From NCBI GenBank assembly GCA_951406725.2, contig OX597821.1, forward strand, positions 72,044,001 to 72,108,000: a DNA stretch of 64,000 bases. The letters run 5' to 3'. The translations under genes were made by a program, and so were the position numbers. Each line of letters begins with the position of its first letter. Position 1 is the stretch's first letter. The notes under the pieces were generated by a model. That model saw only the letters and a program-made list of their open reading frames with translations, did no database searches and was not told the origin of the DNA. This DNA comes from Octopus vulgaris (lineage: Eukaryota). Shown in pieces: positions 13,459 to 27,341 of the stretch.

Positions 13459-13789
13459 ATATATGTTTGTTTTTACGAAAAATGTCAAGTTATATATAAA
13501 AGCAAATTAAACTAAGGAATTACTCGGTATTGTGCATGTTTCTTCAACCTTTACAAGAGGAGGTGTACAGTAACAGTGACTCCGAAGTTTCAGTCAAATA
13601 ACCTTCGTCGAGCTGTGTTTTCCACTCTTTTTGTCACAGTGTTTGGTTTGGAACGTGTGGAGACACCACTCACTACGTATATAAGTTATACTTGAAATAT
13701 TTGCTTATCATTCTAATCGAATAAAAATAGATTCTTGCGAAGTTCATATATTTCATGCCTGTAGTCCTACTGTCATACCCTGTCACACA

Positions 13790-14975
13790 ACAGAGGAGAA
13801 TAGTAACATGTACCACATATTGCGCACCCGATGCTCCGTATCATGGGGACTCGTTTGAAGAGGGATTCAAAAGTATGGAAGGAGTATCAACCAACGGAGA
13901 TGACAGCTTTTACATACTTCTACAGGAATTCATCCTCACTAACATCGAATGAGCTGAGAGCCGCCTTCTCTCAAGTATGTCACTGCATGACCAGAGACAA
14001 GTAGAATCTCTGCTCTTTAGAGCAAATAGGGCCCTACTCAACAAAGGTTGAAAATGTTTTGGACCTCTACTTCACAAATGGTACGGCGCTTATCCATAAT
14101 ATTAAGATGACGATTCTCTCGGACCATAACTTAATGGAGCAGGCTACTATAAGCACCCAACTCCTATCCAGCCTGAACTGTCATAAAACTTATTGAAGCA
14201 GGGGGTATTGAGAAAGAGGTCAAGGAACAAAACTGCTCTACCAATCTCTCTACGCAAGATATTGCCATAAAACTGCAGCACTTTATGACAATCATGCATG
14301 ACTTATGCTGTGAGTTTGCTCCAGAGAGAATGTTAAACCAACAGAAAAACAAAATTCTCAGAGATAGGAAGCTTCTAATGAGACGATGCGAAAAATCTTA
14401 AATGGGCCACTTAAGAATAGCAAAGGATTCTTTCCCAAACAAACTTTGGTCGAGATCGAAAATAAACTCAAACACTTCCATGAAAAGGAAACAGCTGAGA
14501 AAGAAGCCAAGGCTGTAACATATATAAAAACAAATCCAAAAGCCTTCTCCTATAGATTTGCAAAAGAGAGCTTGCTTCAGTATGGTACAAGATAGGTCCA
14601 CTGTTCGACTCTACTTCCTTGAGCGAAAACGGGAATGGTATGCCTTGATATACGTATGGAAGATCTTGGAGGGGTTAGCACCAAACTTTGGTATTGAAAT
14701 CTATACCAACCCCCGAGCTGGACGTCACTGCACTGTTTCAAAAGTTCCAACAACCCCGTCTGGAGTGAGGATCATGTACTGCAATAGCTTTGGATTCAAG
14801 GTCCTACAGTTATTTAATGCTTTGCCAAAACATCTGAGGGATCTTCATGGAGTAGGGGTAGATGCTGTCAAGGAACAACCTAACCTCTGCCATTCACGGT
14901 CCCTGGTGAATCTACATCACGGCAAGAAACTCAAAAGGGGGCAGTAGTATCGAACTCCCTCCTCCACCGAAATTC
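13790..14975 (+). pseudogene. CR1/Jockey-group LINE relic, APE endonuclease joined to C-terminus (RT deleted)
   Basis: ENVLDLYFT ... LSDHNLM (APE end), YIKTNPKAF, then ERKREWYALIYVWKILEGLAPNFGI ... LFNALPKHLRDL. Confidence 0.75.
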
Positions 14976-15196
14976 AATCGCATAAGAGTGGCCATTGAAA
15001 AGGTGATTACACTGGCAGTTCCCTCGGCATAGCCACATATCGACGGAGACAGCATTAGTCCAAATGAACGATCTGTATACGTACTTCAGGTATATATACC
15101 GTTGAAAGCCTTCTACACTGCAGTATTCGTCTCGAGGAAACATCTTTTTTAGACCTCTTGTAATAAAAAGAAAACCCAGAAAAATACCCGCAGCAG

Positions 15197-15335
15197 GCGA
15201 AGGTCACCTATTAACAGCGGTGGCATTGCTAGATCCAGATTTCTGCTTCTTTCAGTTTCATCAGTAGCAAATATCTACTGTCATCACGTCCCACTGGCTG
15301 ATAGCATGCCACCACCGCTGCGAGGTGACCTTCGC
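15197..15335. repeat. Short inverted-repeat element
   Basis: GCGAAGGTCACCT..CAGCGGTGGCATTGCTA pairs with TAGCATGCCACCACCGCTG..AGGTGACCTTCGC. Confidence 0.75.
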
Positions 15336-15713
15336 TGGAGTAACACTATTAATAGCGTATTTTTATATAATTTAATGGCGTCAGTGACAAATAATAATTC
15401 AAACAAATTAAGAACACATGGCTAAGTAAATGTGAAAATATTTACATAAGCTTGTATTCTTTAAAATCTTTACCTCATATATTCTTATCACGGCAATACT
15501 TGAAATGAGAGGGAAATTATACTAGAAGTTGTTATAAATCTCAGATTATACGATATTAGATCGGCACTCATAGCTTTAACAAGAATTGCCAAAGCTGGGA
15601 AAATTGCCATTTCAATATCTCAGGGTCTACAATGTTTTTCGTTTCACCAGCAGACGCATAATTAAAGAGATCACGAGGATTTCAAACACTTAAGCATTCT
15701 ACACAAAATTGGT

Positions 15714-15775
15714 CACTTGCAAAAGCAATATTCCACTTGCAAAAGCAATATTCCACTTGCAAAAGCAATATTCCA
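15714..15775. repeat. 20-bp minisatellite, about 3 copies
   Basis: CACTTGCAAAAGCAATATTC repeated three times. Confidence 0.95.
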
Positions 15776-17065
15776 GCATCAATTAATGTTGACCCTTGGA
15801 ATTCATTGAATGTTATGTTAAAACTTGGATTTTCTTTTAGATCGAAAGATCACATTCATTGATATGAGTAGAATTCTAGTCATGAATAAATCTCTCTCTT
15901 TTAATGCGTCTAGGAAGATTAGGGATCTCGATTGCATGCAGCAAAATATTCTTAATCTTTTGCCATTATACAGTCGCGTTGGTGTATATTTTGCAGCAAC
16001 ATTATTGACGATCCTTTATTTTTAACTGAAGTCTGTATTTGTGTAGTGATAGATCTGATGATTCTAATGAATTTTTAAATTCTACAGAATCAGGAACAAT
16101 CACAGAAAATATTGTGGCTTTGACTATTTCTCGTCGATGCTATGCCCACCCACCTACATCTTTTTGTATTAGTCAATGATGTTGCATGGCGAGGAATACC
16201 AATTCGTTGTCAATTGAGAAGTAAAAGAAGTTTTGATACAAACAGAGTAGCGAAGAGATAAAAAAGAAGTGAGAAAGAGTGAGAGAGAGAGGGGGGGAAA
16301 TGTGCATTGTATTAAGAAAGAAAATAAAAAGAATAAACAGATAGTGATTGAGAAAAGAAAGAGAATGGCAGAAAGCCACAAAGCTTTCAATGGGGAATAG
16401 GAAGTGAAATTGTAAAAACACAAATTCAGCACTGTGGTGGCAACGAAGTAAAGGCGATAGCTTCATTAATAAAGAAAAGAGAGAATGTGTGTCTCTTAGT
16501 GAGTGTGTCGTTGTGCGTGTGTATGCGTGTGACTTTGTGCGTATGTGTGTGTGTTTGTGTGTCTGTGTGTGTGTGTGTGTAATATAATGATTGGGTAATG
16601 CTCATATGTCAAATATTTTATATTACAATTATATAATGTTTACATTTATGTTAACATTCTCGTTCGATAAAACGGATCTGGCTAGCGCTCTGATGACCGT
16701 AATTCCATGGGGATGCCAGACACTCTCAGTGTTATTGTTTCGTCAAGATCGTATAATGGTAATATTATTTGTGGGTGAGAGTGTATAGGTATAAGTTCAT
16801 ATAATGCTATATACTAATTGCGGTTAACGACTATACCTCATGGAGTTGGTCTACCCCAATCCTTTTTAAATTAAGTATATAATCGGTAAAGCTGTCAAGT
16901 GGCAAGTGATAGTTAAGTGGGTCGACACCCGGCTCTGCATTTGCTTGCTAGTATTTTATTCGATAATATTATTAGTGATTAGACGGACGTAATGTTCAAC
17001 ACACACAAATATATACATACACATGCATACATACGTATGTTCACACACAAACACCACTCACGCAC

Positions 17066-17108
<43 letters not shown>

Positions 17109-17111
17109 TGA

Positions 17112-17154
<43 letters not shown>

Positions 17155-17188
17155 TATATGTATATATATATGTATGTATGTATGTATG

Positions 17189-17270
<82 letters not shown>

Positions 17271-17531
17271 TATATGGGTGTTCTATGTGTTGTATGTGTG
17301 TCGTGAACGAAAACAACCAGATTATCATGTGGGGGTTAAAAGGAAAATAATAATAAAATCGTTGAAACAGATATGGTAAGAAAAGTAAATAATCAAACTT
17401 TATGAAAATATAGTCAGTCTGCCATTGCTGTAATAAGGGAGGATCTTTAAGCAGAAATTTGAAAGAGGCTGCACAGTGATTATTGCAACTGGAACTGAAG
17501 ACATTATAAAAAGATATGAGAGAGAGAGAGG

Positions 17532-17573
<42 letters not shown>

Positions 17574-17818
17574 AAGAAAGCTGAAGAGAGATGGAACGAA
17601 TGAGGAAAACATACGTATGCATGAATATGTGTATAGGCGTGTGTGTGTGTGTGTATGCGGTGGTTAAGGGTTTCTGCAATACAAATAAAATACAATACGT
17701 TCCATTTTGCTATTGTAAATATTTGAAAACAATTATAACGCCTGCAGCTCTATAAGATCTGATATCACTCACTAGATACCAGTTTTAAAACTAGAGAATA
17801 TTGTCATTATTACTGTTG

Positions 17819-17880
<62 letters not shown>

Positions 17881-17899
17881 CATTATTATTATCATTACT

Positions 17900-18225
17900 T
17901 TTTTTCTTCTTTCAAATTTGCTTCCATTTCTTGCCGAGTGTCTTCCCGATTCCTAGGGCAAAGAAACTCATAGTATACATTGGTAGGCCATTAAACCAAA
18001 CTCAGTATACATGAGCAGCAACAGTTCTCACATCGACAATGCTCTTCTCAATACGTGTGATGTACCAGTTAAGACAATCTTTTGCACTTCTTGCAGGGAT
18101 GGTAAGCCAGGGATCATTCTCATATAATTTTCGGTTCCCTTCTTGATCATTCCTAGTGCTCCTACGATCACTGGTATTGTAACCGCCTTGGGATGCCACA
18201 TTTTCTCAATTTCAATGAGTAGCTC
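17900..18225 (-). mobile_element. R4/Dong-like LINE 3' end embedded in (TAA)n
   Basis: Minus strand gives LLIEIEKMWHPKAVTIPVIVGALGMIK, homologous to 3960-4390; flanked on both sides by (TTA)n. Confidence 0.8.
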
Positions 18226-18380
<155 letters not shown>

Positions 18381-19106
18381 CGCATTTAGGCGTGAATGAA
18401 AATCACTCCTTGAAACGGCCCCGATTATTATCAAGTTTTACTGGATGGAATTTTTGTTTTTGCGGATTATTTTGGACTCAGGGGATTTAGAATCATCTAG
18501 ATGTTTCTGCTAGTGGGTTGGGCAAGATATATCATTACGAACTCTATACGACATGTTTTCTGTAGAAACGCGCGTAGCGATGCATCAAATATTTAGAAAT
18601 TCCATCCGAGGCAACCACAAAAACTGGGTCTCTAGTCAGCATCATTAGACGGTGGTCGGCATAATGGAACGGGAGCTTCATTTGCATATTCAAAACGTGT
18701 CTCGTAAACAAATCTAAACGATATATATATATATACGTATGTGTGTATGCGTGTGTGTGTGTGTGTGTGTGTCTGTGTGCGTGCATGTGTGTGTGAGTGT
18801 GTGTGTGTGTGTAAATTTAAGTCACATTATACGGATTCAACTAATCCGCTGGTACTCATAAAAAAGCTCCTTCATGTATCATTGTACAAAGCATAGAATA
18901 TATAGTAGGGTATAAAAAACAAGCAACTGTATAAAGTTATAAATATCGAGAGAAATACGATGAAGTTTATTCTCCCATTGGAAATTCTTATTTAACGATA
19001 ACTGTTTCGTAGCTTAATAACGTGTAAAAATTATTTATTTTATAATGTATTTTATAATAAATAATAAGTTATTTGCATAACTGTATTAATATGTATACAA
19101 TTTTTA

Positions 19107-19322
19107 AGGCAGCGAGCTGGCAGAAACGTTAGCACGCCGGGCGAAGTTCTTAGCGTTATTTCGTTTTTCTTTACGTTCTGAGTTCAAATACCACCGAGGT
19201 CGACTTCGCTTTTCCCCATTTTGGTGTCGATAAATTAAGTACCAGTTGCGTATTGGTGTCAATCTAATCGACTGCCCCCCTTCCCCAAAACTTTTGGGCG
19301 TTGTGCCTAGAGTAGAAAATAA
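19107..19322 (+). mobile_element. SINE family A
   Basis: GGCAGCGAGCTGGCAGAAACGTTAGC head, B-box, core and tail. Confidence 0.9.
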
Positions 19323-19328
19323 TATATA

Positions 19329-20493
19329 TACTGGGTTGACAACTAAGTTCCCACGTTTTTTTTTTTAATTCAAGAATTTATTGCGTTTTTAAATCTTGGA
19401 ATTTCTTTTTTTCTAGTTAATCTTAGTTAATTTTTGTTTATTTTCAGATCATTTTCAGAGCATTTTCGACACCTCCTTCTTTTCGCTTTTAATCAAGGTT
19501 CTAAGGCCGCAAAAGCTGCTCGCGACATTTGTGCTGTGTATGGAGCGGGTGCCATAGCTGAAAGAACCGTTCTTGATTGATATGCCAAGTTCACCTCAAA
19601 GACACACCTCGTTCTGGCCGTCCAGTTGAGTCCGATGAAGAGCGATTAAACCAACTTTTGCACGAAAATTCTCGTCAAACGACAAGGAAACTGACAGAGA
19701 AAATGGAATGCTCCCACACTGCTATAGAGAAGCATCTTCACTCGATGGGAAAGGTTCAGAAGTATGGAGCATGGGTTCCGCATGCTTTAAGTGAAAAAAA
19801 ACAAAAATCAACGAGCCACAATCTCCGCTGGTTTGCTTGCTCGTCACCGCTCAACTCATGGACACAAGCAACAATTTCTTTACCAAATCGTTACTGGCGA
19901 CGAAAAATGGTGCTTGTACATCAATATGAAGCAGCATAAGGAATGGCTTAGCCCCGGTAAACAAGCGACACGGCGCGTGAAACAAGATCTTCATCCGCGT
20001 AAAATGATGTTGTGCGTATGGTGGGACTGGAAAGGGATTATCCATTACGAATTGCTTGAACGGAACCAAATGGTCAATGCGGAACTCTATGTTCAGCAGA
20101 TGGAACGACTCAACACGGCTATTCAAGAGAAAAGACCTAATTGGCAGTATGGAGTTCTTCTGCTGCACGACAACACCCGCCCTCATATCGCCAATATGAC
20201 CAAGGAGGCCATTCAAACGCATGGCTGGGAAGTGCTGCCACACCCACCGTACTCTCCTGATTTGGCACCAACGGATTTCCACCTCTTTCGATCTCTTTCA
20301 AATGTTATGTGCGGAGTTTCGTTCAATACTGATGTAGAATTGAGAGCTTAGTTGGATCAATTTTTCGAGTCGAAATCGGGTGATTTCTACTAACGAGGTA
20401 TTGAAAATCTCGTTGACCGTTGGGAAGAAGTTTTAAACAACAAGGGTGAATACATTATTGATTAATTAGTTGTTACTTTTTATTAAACCTAAT
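19329..20493 (+). mobile_element. Mariner transposon (DD34D), frameshifted transposase
   Basis: PRSGRP, WVPHAL, IVTGDEKW, LLHDNTRPH, HPPYSPDLAPTDFHLF; degenerate termini TACTGGGTT / AACCTAATA; frameshift near 19800 and stops near 20350. Confidence 0.95.
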
Positions 20494-20674
20494 ACAATTT
20501 TTAAATTAATACAAATACTAAGCTTGCATTCATTTAAAAATTGTATTCAGTAATACCTAGCCGTATCGCGGTTTATTATTTAAGCCTACATCGATTCCTT
20601 CGAAGTGTTGTTCTGTATTTATAATAAAAAAAATATATACAAATCATAAAAATAATTTTTTTAAATATACAGTA

Positions 20675-20754
20675 CAGTACCGTTTCTACCGCGCAGATTT
20701 TCACCTATTGCTGGGGTTTGGGAACGAAACACCCGGATAGTCCAAGGATGACTG
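20675..20754. mobile_element. Small pogo/Tigger-like MITE
   Basis: TA-CAGT ... ACTG termini; interrupts the right arm of the 18985-20845 inverted repeat. Confidence 0.4.
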
Positions 20755-21824
20755 CATATGAATAATTTATTATTTATTATAAAATATAGGAAAATAAATT
20801 ATTTATACATGTTTATTAACCTGCGAAACAGTTGTTGTTAAATATAAATATTTAATTGTTAAAATAAATTCTATCATAGTATATTTAGCTCTTTATTTAT
20901 ATTAATGTATATATGTTTGTGTGTATGCGTATGTATATATATATATGTATGTATGTATGTACATATGTATATGTGTGTGCGTGTGTATTATATTGTGTTA
21001 TATTATATTATGGTATGTATATATGCATGTATACCATATATAGTGCATCAGATAGGTTGATAGACAAACAGATTGGAATAAATGTATATACACAGTCAAT
21101 AAGCATATAAATATATGCCTGTACGTATGATAAATATGTGTAGTTGGATGGATGGATGGATGGATGGATGGATGGATGGATGAATGGATGGATGGATGGA
21201 TGGATGGATGGATGGGTGGATGGATGGGTGGATGGATGGATGGATTTAATAAACTATTCTTATCCTAATGGTGAAATAAATATCTTAAGCGCTATTCATA
21301 AATAATGCAAGATGAGTGACAGAAAAAAATTAAGCGGGGAAAGAATAGAGCGAAGAGAATTTATTGTGGTACACGGACACAGCCATATTGATTATTTTGT
21401 TGGATGGTGGGTGTCTCCCGCCCATCTTGTTAAAATTGTCAGGCGGGAGGCCATCTCGTGCTGTTATAAATTAACGTGACTTCCAGGATTCCGCCAAGAA
21501 AGGACATTCATTTAATGTCGACCACATACAGACTCTATTGCTGTTACCCGCAACGTTTGATTGTATTAAACCAACTGCCATGTGGTATTACTTAAGATTG
21601 TGTATATACCTAGGTATACACACACACACACACACATATACACACGAACATATATATATATATATATATACATGCATACATGTTGGGTGTACACAGAGAG
21701 AGAGGGGCGGAGAGAGAAGGAGAAAAAAAAACTTAGACTCGGTATATATGTTCAGTATAATGAGAAACAATCGACCAGACACAGATGGAGATCGAGGAGG
21801 ATATGTGAGACTGAAGAATCATAT

Positions 21825-21895
<71 letters not shown>

Positions 21896-22204
21896 CTATG
21901 ACAAGTTATATACACATTACGAGACAAAGGGAAGTTTCAGATTGAGGGGAAACACGTAGAGATGCGAATTCATATGTCATATACACCTAGTTACTCATAT
22001 ACGTGGGGGTTTGTATTTGGCAGTATATATGTATAAGAAGCTATATCTATACACATACATATAGGCATGTATGCGTGTCTATATATGCATACACATAATC
22101 GTGCACTCGTATATACACACACACAGAAGTACATACACACATACGCATACTGACGCACGCACACACGCACACACACATACACACACATACACATGCACAC
22201 ACAC

Positions 22205-22278
<74 letters not shown>

Positions 22279-22961
22279 ACATGTACATAACAAGTAAAAT
22301 ACTCAGCGATCGCCCTACTTTATGTATGTATATGGTTGTGTGCGTGGTGTGTGTGTGTATGTGTGTGTGTGTGTCTTTATGTGTACAGATATATACATGT
22401 GCACATATATGTATGTATGTGTGTGTGTGTGTGTGTGCATGCATGCATGTATATATGTATGTAAAATACGACAGTGACTTCGAAATTTCGGCTTGTTCGT
22501 ATTCAGCTAACCACTAAGCCACGCGCCTCCTCAAAGACTTCTTGTGACTTATTCTGTATTTGTCAATATATCTGTGTATATACACATGCATGATTGTGCG
22601 TACACATATGTACGGGTATTTGTAAATAAGAATGTATGTATGTCATTATTCAGTTTTATTTCAAGATTCCTTGCCTATAGGTAAAGAGCCGGTTTCTAAC
22701 CTAGATCCAAAGCTCCTTGATGAGAATTTCAATATCAACAGAGTATTCGCTTCTCTTAGACTTTAAATAGATCTTTGACAAGTTGGGTTCTTTTGATGAG
22801 TTAAACTGATCAATATGATGTAGGTTGAACAAAATTTTAGTCGTAAAGAAAACGGGAATATAGGAAAACAAGAGGGAAGCATGAGTTTGTAAGGTGTGGA
22901 TTGAGAGTCATGGTGAGGAGATTTATTCCGGTTTGATGTGAGACTACTTATATTTCCCCAA

Positions 22962-23006
22962 GACACCTGATAAAGGCTGGAGGTATATCAGCTGAAACGT
23001 TGTGTT
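22962..23006 (+). ncRNA. Minimal type I hammerhead-like motif (G8 to A variant)
   Basis: GACAC CTGATAA A GGCTG gaggtatat CAGCT GAAA CGT T GTGTT. Confidence 0.7.
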
Positions 23007-23456
23007 TACAACAAACGAGGACAAATATCTGTCAAATGTAAATAATGTAAATAATGTACATAATTCATCATCTCTTGAATATAGAACTGTACTACTTTTA
23101 TTGTGTAGGAGTCATACGAGGACGTAAAGGTGTAAAGAGATGTGTCCTATTCACGATATCCTTTGCATAGAAACTTTTAGTGCTAAATCAGTTGATTACA
23201 CTATAAAGGTCAAACTGAGGTTGAATTGGTGTTAGGATTATTAAATTAGGATTAAGAAATTTTCAACTGGATATTTTGGGAAAACAGTGTTACTGTTTTT
23301 ATTATATCCATCTGTTATTGATTAGAATATCGAATTCAGTCTAATTTCTTGTACGATAAAAAGAAATATATGAACTAGCTTATTTTGATTATAATCACCG
23401 CATTTTGAATTATATGGATAATACCATACCCAATTCTGATGCCTTTAACTTAAGTA

Positions 23457-23498
<42 letters not shown>

Positions 23499-23570
23499 GT
23501 TGTCTGATCAATAAGTATCGGACCGTTGCCATAGTAACGAAGCTAAAACACGCAGAGTGAAGCTGCCAGA

Positions 23571-23643
<73 letters not shown>

Positions 23644-23827
23644 TAAAACAGTTTGATTCGGCCTTGCAACTTAAAGTCCCGTTGACTCCTTGCAGAAACT
23701 TACCTCGTCGAACTCAGAGCTAGCAGTAACGCAGAATTTCACAAATATAAACATATATAAGATAGATCGTTAGCTCCTACACGCTTTTTTTCTCTCCTTG
23801 TTTCTCTCCTTGTTTTTTTTCTGTGTA

Positions 23828-23865
23828 TCTTTCTGTCGAAGAGCGTAAGCTCGAAACATAAAAGA
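23828..23865 (+). ncRNA. Degenerate minimal hammerhead-like motif
   Basis: TCTTT CTGTCGA A GAGC gtaa GCTC GAAA CAT A AAAGA; sibling at 61825-61862 (-). Confidence 0.55.
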
Positions 23866-24002
23866 CTTGTTCTATTTCTATTCCTGAGCGCTATACTAAT
23901 ACATTTGTTTGTTTGTACTCCACCTGCCTTCGTCTTTTGTTTATTTTCGTAAACCTTCCCGTTATATAAATATATATATGTGTGTATACATATATATGTG
24001 TG

Positions 24003-24107
<105 letters not shown>

Positions 24108-24477
24108 ATTTTTACACACACGTGTATAATATATATATATATATATATATATAAGATCCTGCGTTACTTCTGGCATTGACATGTTGATTACCTATGTTTG
24201 TTGTAAGCAGTTCATAGCTTAGAGATGATATAACTAACTGCCTAAACATTTTATTTATTTATAAGCGCCAAGTTTTTCTCTGTACGCGACTTTGAATGTA
24301 TTTTGGTTCAATTGTTGACAACGGGAGGTGTGTGTGTGAAAGGGAGAGAACGTGGGAGTGCAAGAGACAGAGAAACAGGCGTGATTATAAACACTTCAAA
24401 CAAATATTTGTTGTGACTTTTATAACCTTAAGTGTCAAGAATTCTTGCTACGTCTTTCATGTATTCCGCTCTTCCTC

Positions 24478-24525
<48 letters not shown>

Positions 24526-24780
24526 TCGTTCTATTTTTCATGTTATGGTCTTCCATATTTTAAACACTACCAAATTCCCGCCTCGTCTAATTGATCTTTT
24601 ACATTCTTTCTCCCCCTCCCAACCCCCTCCTACTTCTATCCCAGCTTCATTTCACCTTCCATACCTGTTCATGTATTTACGTGATCATTTTTTTTTTAAT
24701 ATACACAGTTTGAAAATGCCTTGACGAAATTTCGAAATGACTTCAAACCTGTGTGTGTGCGCATGCGTTTCTTTTGTATG

Positions 24781-24812
<32 letters not shown>

Positions 24813-24971
24813 AGTGCTTAATTAAGATATATAGTGTGGCACGTATTATTTAATGTTCTCTCTCTATATATATATATGTGCAATTGACGTTATAAACTTT
24901 CGAGAGAACGTGAAATAATTCTTTTTGGGAACAGCGGATTTCGAAGCACTTAAATCTATAAATAATGGCAC

Positions 24972-25370
24972 GTATATATTAGGCTGAAAAACGCTTTTGA
25001 ATACAAAATGTCGAAAGCTGCCTGTGGTACTCGAACCTACATCTCCTGTAGACAAAGATGGCGTTCTACCGCTGAACCAAAAGCAATCCTTTGAATTTCT
25101 CCCCAGTTTAGAATCTTTATTCTTACCAGCGAGAATTGCATGTTGCTGATATCATAAGAATCTTCGAGAGAAATTTTCGAGTTTCTCTGACGTAAACAAA
25201 GTGCAATTTTCGCTGGTAAGAATACAGATGCTAAACGGGAGGAAAATTTAAAGGATTGCTTTGATTCGGAAGTAGAATGCCTGCTCCCTTCTACAGGAAA
25301 TATGGGTTCGAGTTGCACGGACAGCTTTTGATACCTTCAATCCAAAAGGCTTTTCAACCCGATATTTATA
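24972..25370. repeat. Foldback element with two divergent tRNA-like heads
   Basis: Arms pair from outside to centre; each arm carries GGATTGCTTT..GTAGAA.GCC ... GGTTCGAGT. Confidence 0.75.
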
Positions 25371-25483
25371 TGTACTCTATTGAGCTGATCGTTGGTCACT
25401 TGGAATGAATAAAGTAATTCCTTATCAAAAAGTAAGGACTCTTCATATATATATACCTATATATATATATATATATATATATA

Positions 25484-25544
<61 letters not shown>

Positions 25545-26437
25545 CCAAACGCACTCGTCCTTTAGATGGTTAAGTTGCTTAGGTAGTATTTTTTTTTTAT
25601 TAAGTGATTGAACTACCGAGGTTTGTGAGTAGCACGGCAATCTATGCCTCCGATTAACATGGTAACGGAAAATGAAATTGAAGGCTGGTTATTGTGGCGG
25701 TCGTTGCACTTTAATGATCATAGAACATATAAGTTTGCAAAGTAGAGCTACTGAAGTGTTTGGGGAGTAGATGACGGATAATGACTACAAAATATAGTTG
25801 TTTTACATGAAAGCAAAATTTCTTGTCAGAAACGGCCATATAAATGGTGTAATGAAATTGAAGGAAGACGCTGAAACTTCCCCTTCGCGAGTTTTTTTTT
25901 TTTTTCAGCAGCAAAGGGAGCTATTTTTTCGGAGAGATAAGCTAACAAAATCCTCTTTATTCTGTCTTTTCACATAGCCTGCGCATAAACAGCGAATGCT
26001 GCACAAAGTTAAATTGGTATGGAGTTTTCTGAAAGATACGCATAGCTTTCATTAGTGGAAGCAAAAGGTTGATTCTTATGTGATTGTTTAAATAAGGCTA
26101 GAACGACAATGCTAAAACGTATTTGAAACAATGGACAACAGTCGAAATATCATAATAGATGGGTAAATAAGCATCCTTAAAGTGAAACAACGCATTGGTA
26201 GGTAAACAAAGGTATCAACGAATAGAAGAGAGGGAAGAGAACGTCACCTTTCCAGTAACCCAGAATAGGTACAGGTAAGCTTGTCAAAGTTTAATGCAGT
26301 TTAAATATGGAGATTAAGATTGTTTGGTATTGGATAGTAATCGCGTATAGTGTTCCTCGTGAATTTAATCACCGTGGCAGGTGGACAGTCGAAATAAATA
26401 GACAAAATCTTTTCACTTTTATAAAATGATTAAAAAA

Positions 26438-26594
26438 GGCGCAGGTGTGGCTGTGTGATAAGTAGCTTGCTTACCAACCGCATGATTCCGGGTTCAGTCC
26501 CACTGTGTGGCACCTTGGGTGTCTTCTTCTATAACCTCGGGCCGACAAAAGACTTGAGTGGATTTGGTAGACGGAAACTGAAAGAAGCCCGTCG

Positions 26595-26596
<2 letters not shown>
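26438..26596 (+). mobile_element. tRNA-derived SINE family C, 5' half
   Basis: GGCGCAGGTGTGGCTGTGTGATAAG ... GGGTTCAGTCCCAC ... GGATTTGGTAGACGGAAACTGAAAGAAGCCC; copies at 30650, 38107, 49045 and 56107 (-). Confidence 0.85.
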
Positions 26597-26690
<94 letters not shown>

Positions 26691-26949
26691 ACTATAATAG
26701 TATAATACAGAATGATGTGTGTGACTTTTACCCGAGAATGTACCTTAAGAATGTAAAAATATTAAACAAAGCTATGTAGCGTATAGGTCGACTTATGACC
26801 AAATCGACTAACGACTAGTCAGTCGGAAACAATTGTGGTCGTAAGTCAACGACGACCTGTTTGTGTGTGTGTGTGTATATATATATATGTATATATGAAA
26901 TATATGAATACATATATGCATGTATATGTATATGTATATATATGCATAT

Positions 26950-27140
26950 ATGGGTACAGGACGTCACAAAACGTAAACAACATGAAATACGAAATACAAA
27001 GACAACATGAAATACGAAGACAAACTTGGGTATGCGAACAGCGAGAGAAACAAATGGAAAACAAGACAGGTAACATAAAGAATGACCCTTCATCAGTTGT
27101 CGGCTGTCAATCTACTCTTCATTTCGAGCATTTAACGACA
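26950..27140. repeat. Dispersed repeat inserted in a TA-rich tract; second copy at 34565-34760
   Basis: ATGGGTACAGGACGTCA ... AACATAAAGAAT ... CATCAGTTGTC shared between the two loci. Confidence 0.8.
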
Positions 27141-27257
27141 ACATATATATATAATATATAAATATATTTATACATATATATATATATATATGCATATATA
27201 TACATATATGCATATGCATATATATACATATATATATCATATATATATTTATATATG

Positions 27258-27341
<84 letters not shown>

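Noticed and set aside
15714-15775. CRISPR-like repeats
   Set aside because: Identical adjacent units without spacers; eukaryotic minisatellite
27080-27140. CTGATGAAGGG (-) in the 26950/34565 repeat as a hammerhead
   Set aside because: The GAAA half could not be placed in a consistent topology by eye; left unresolved
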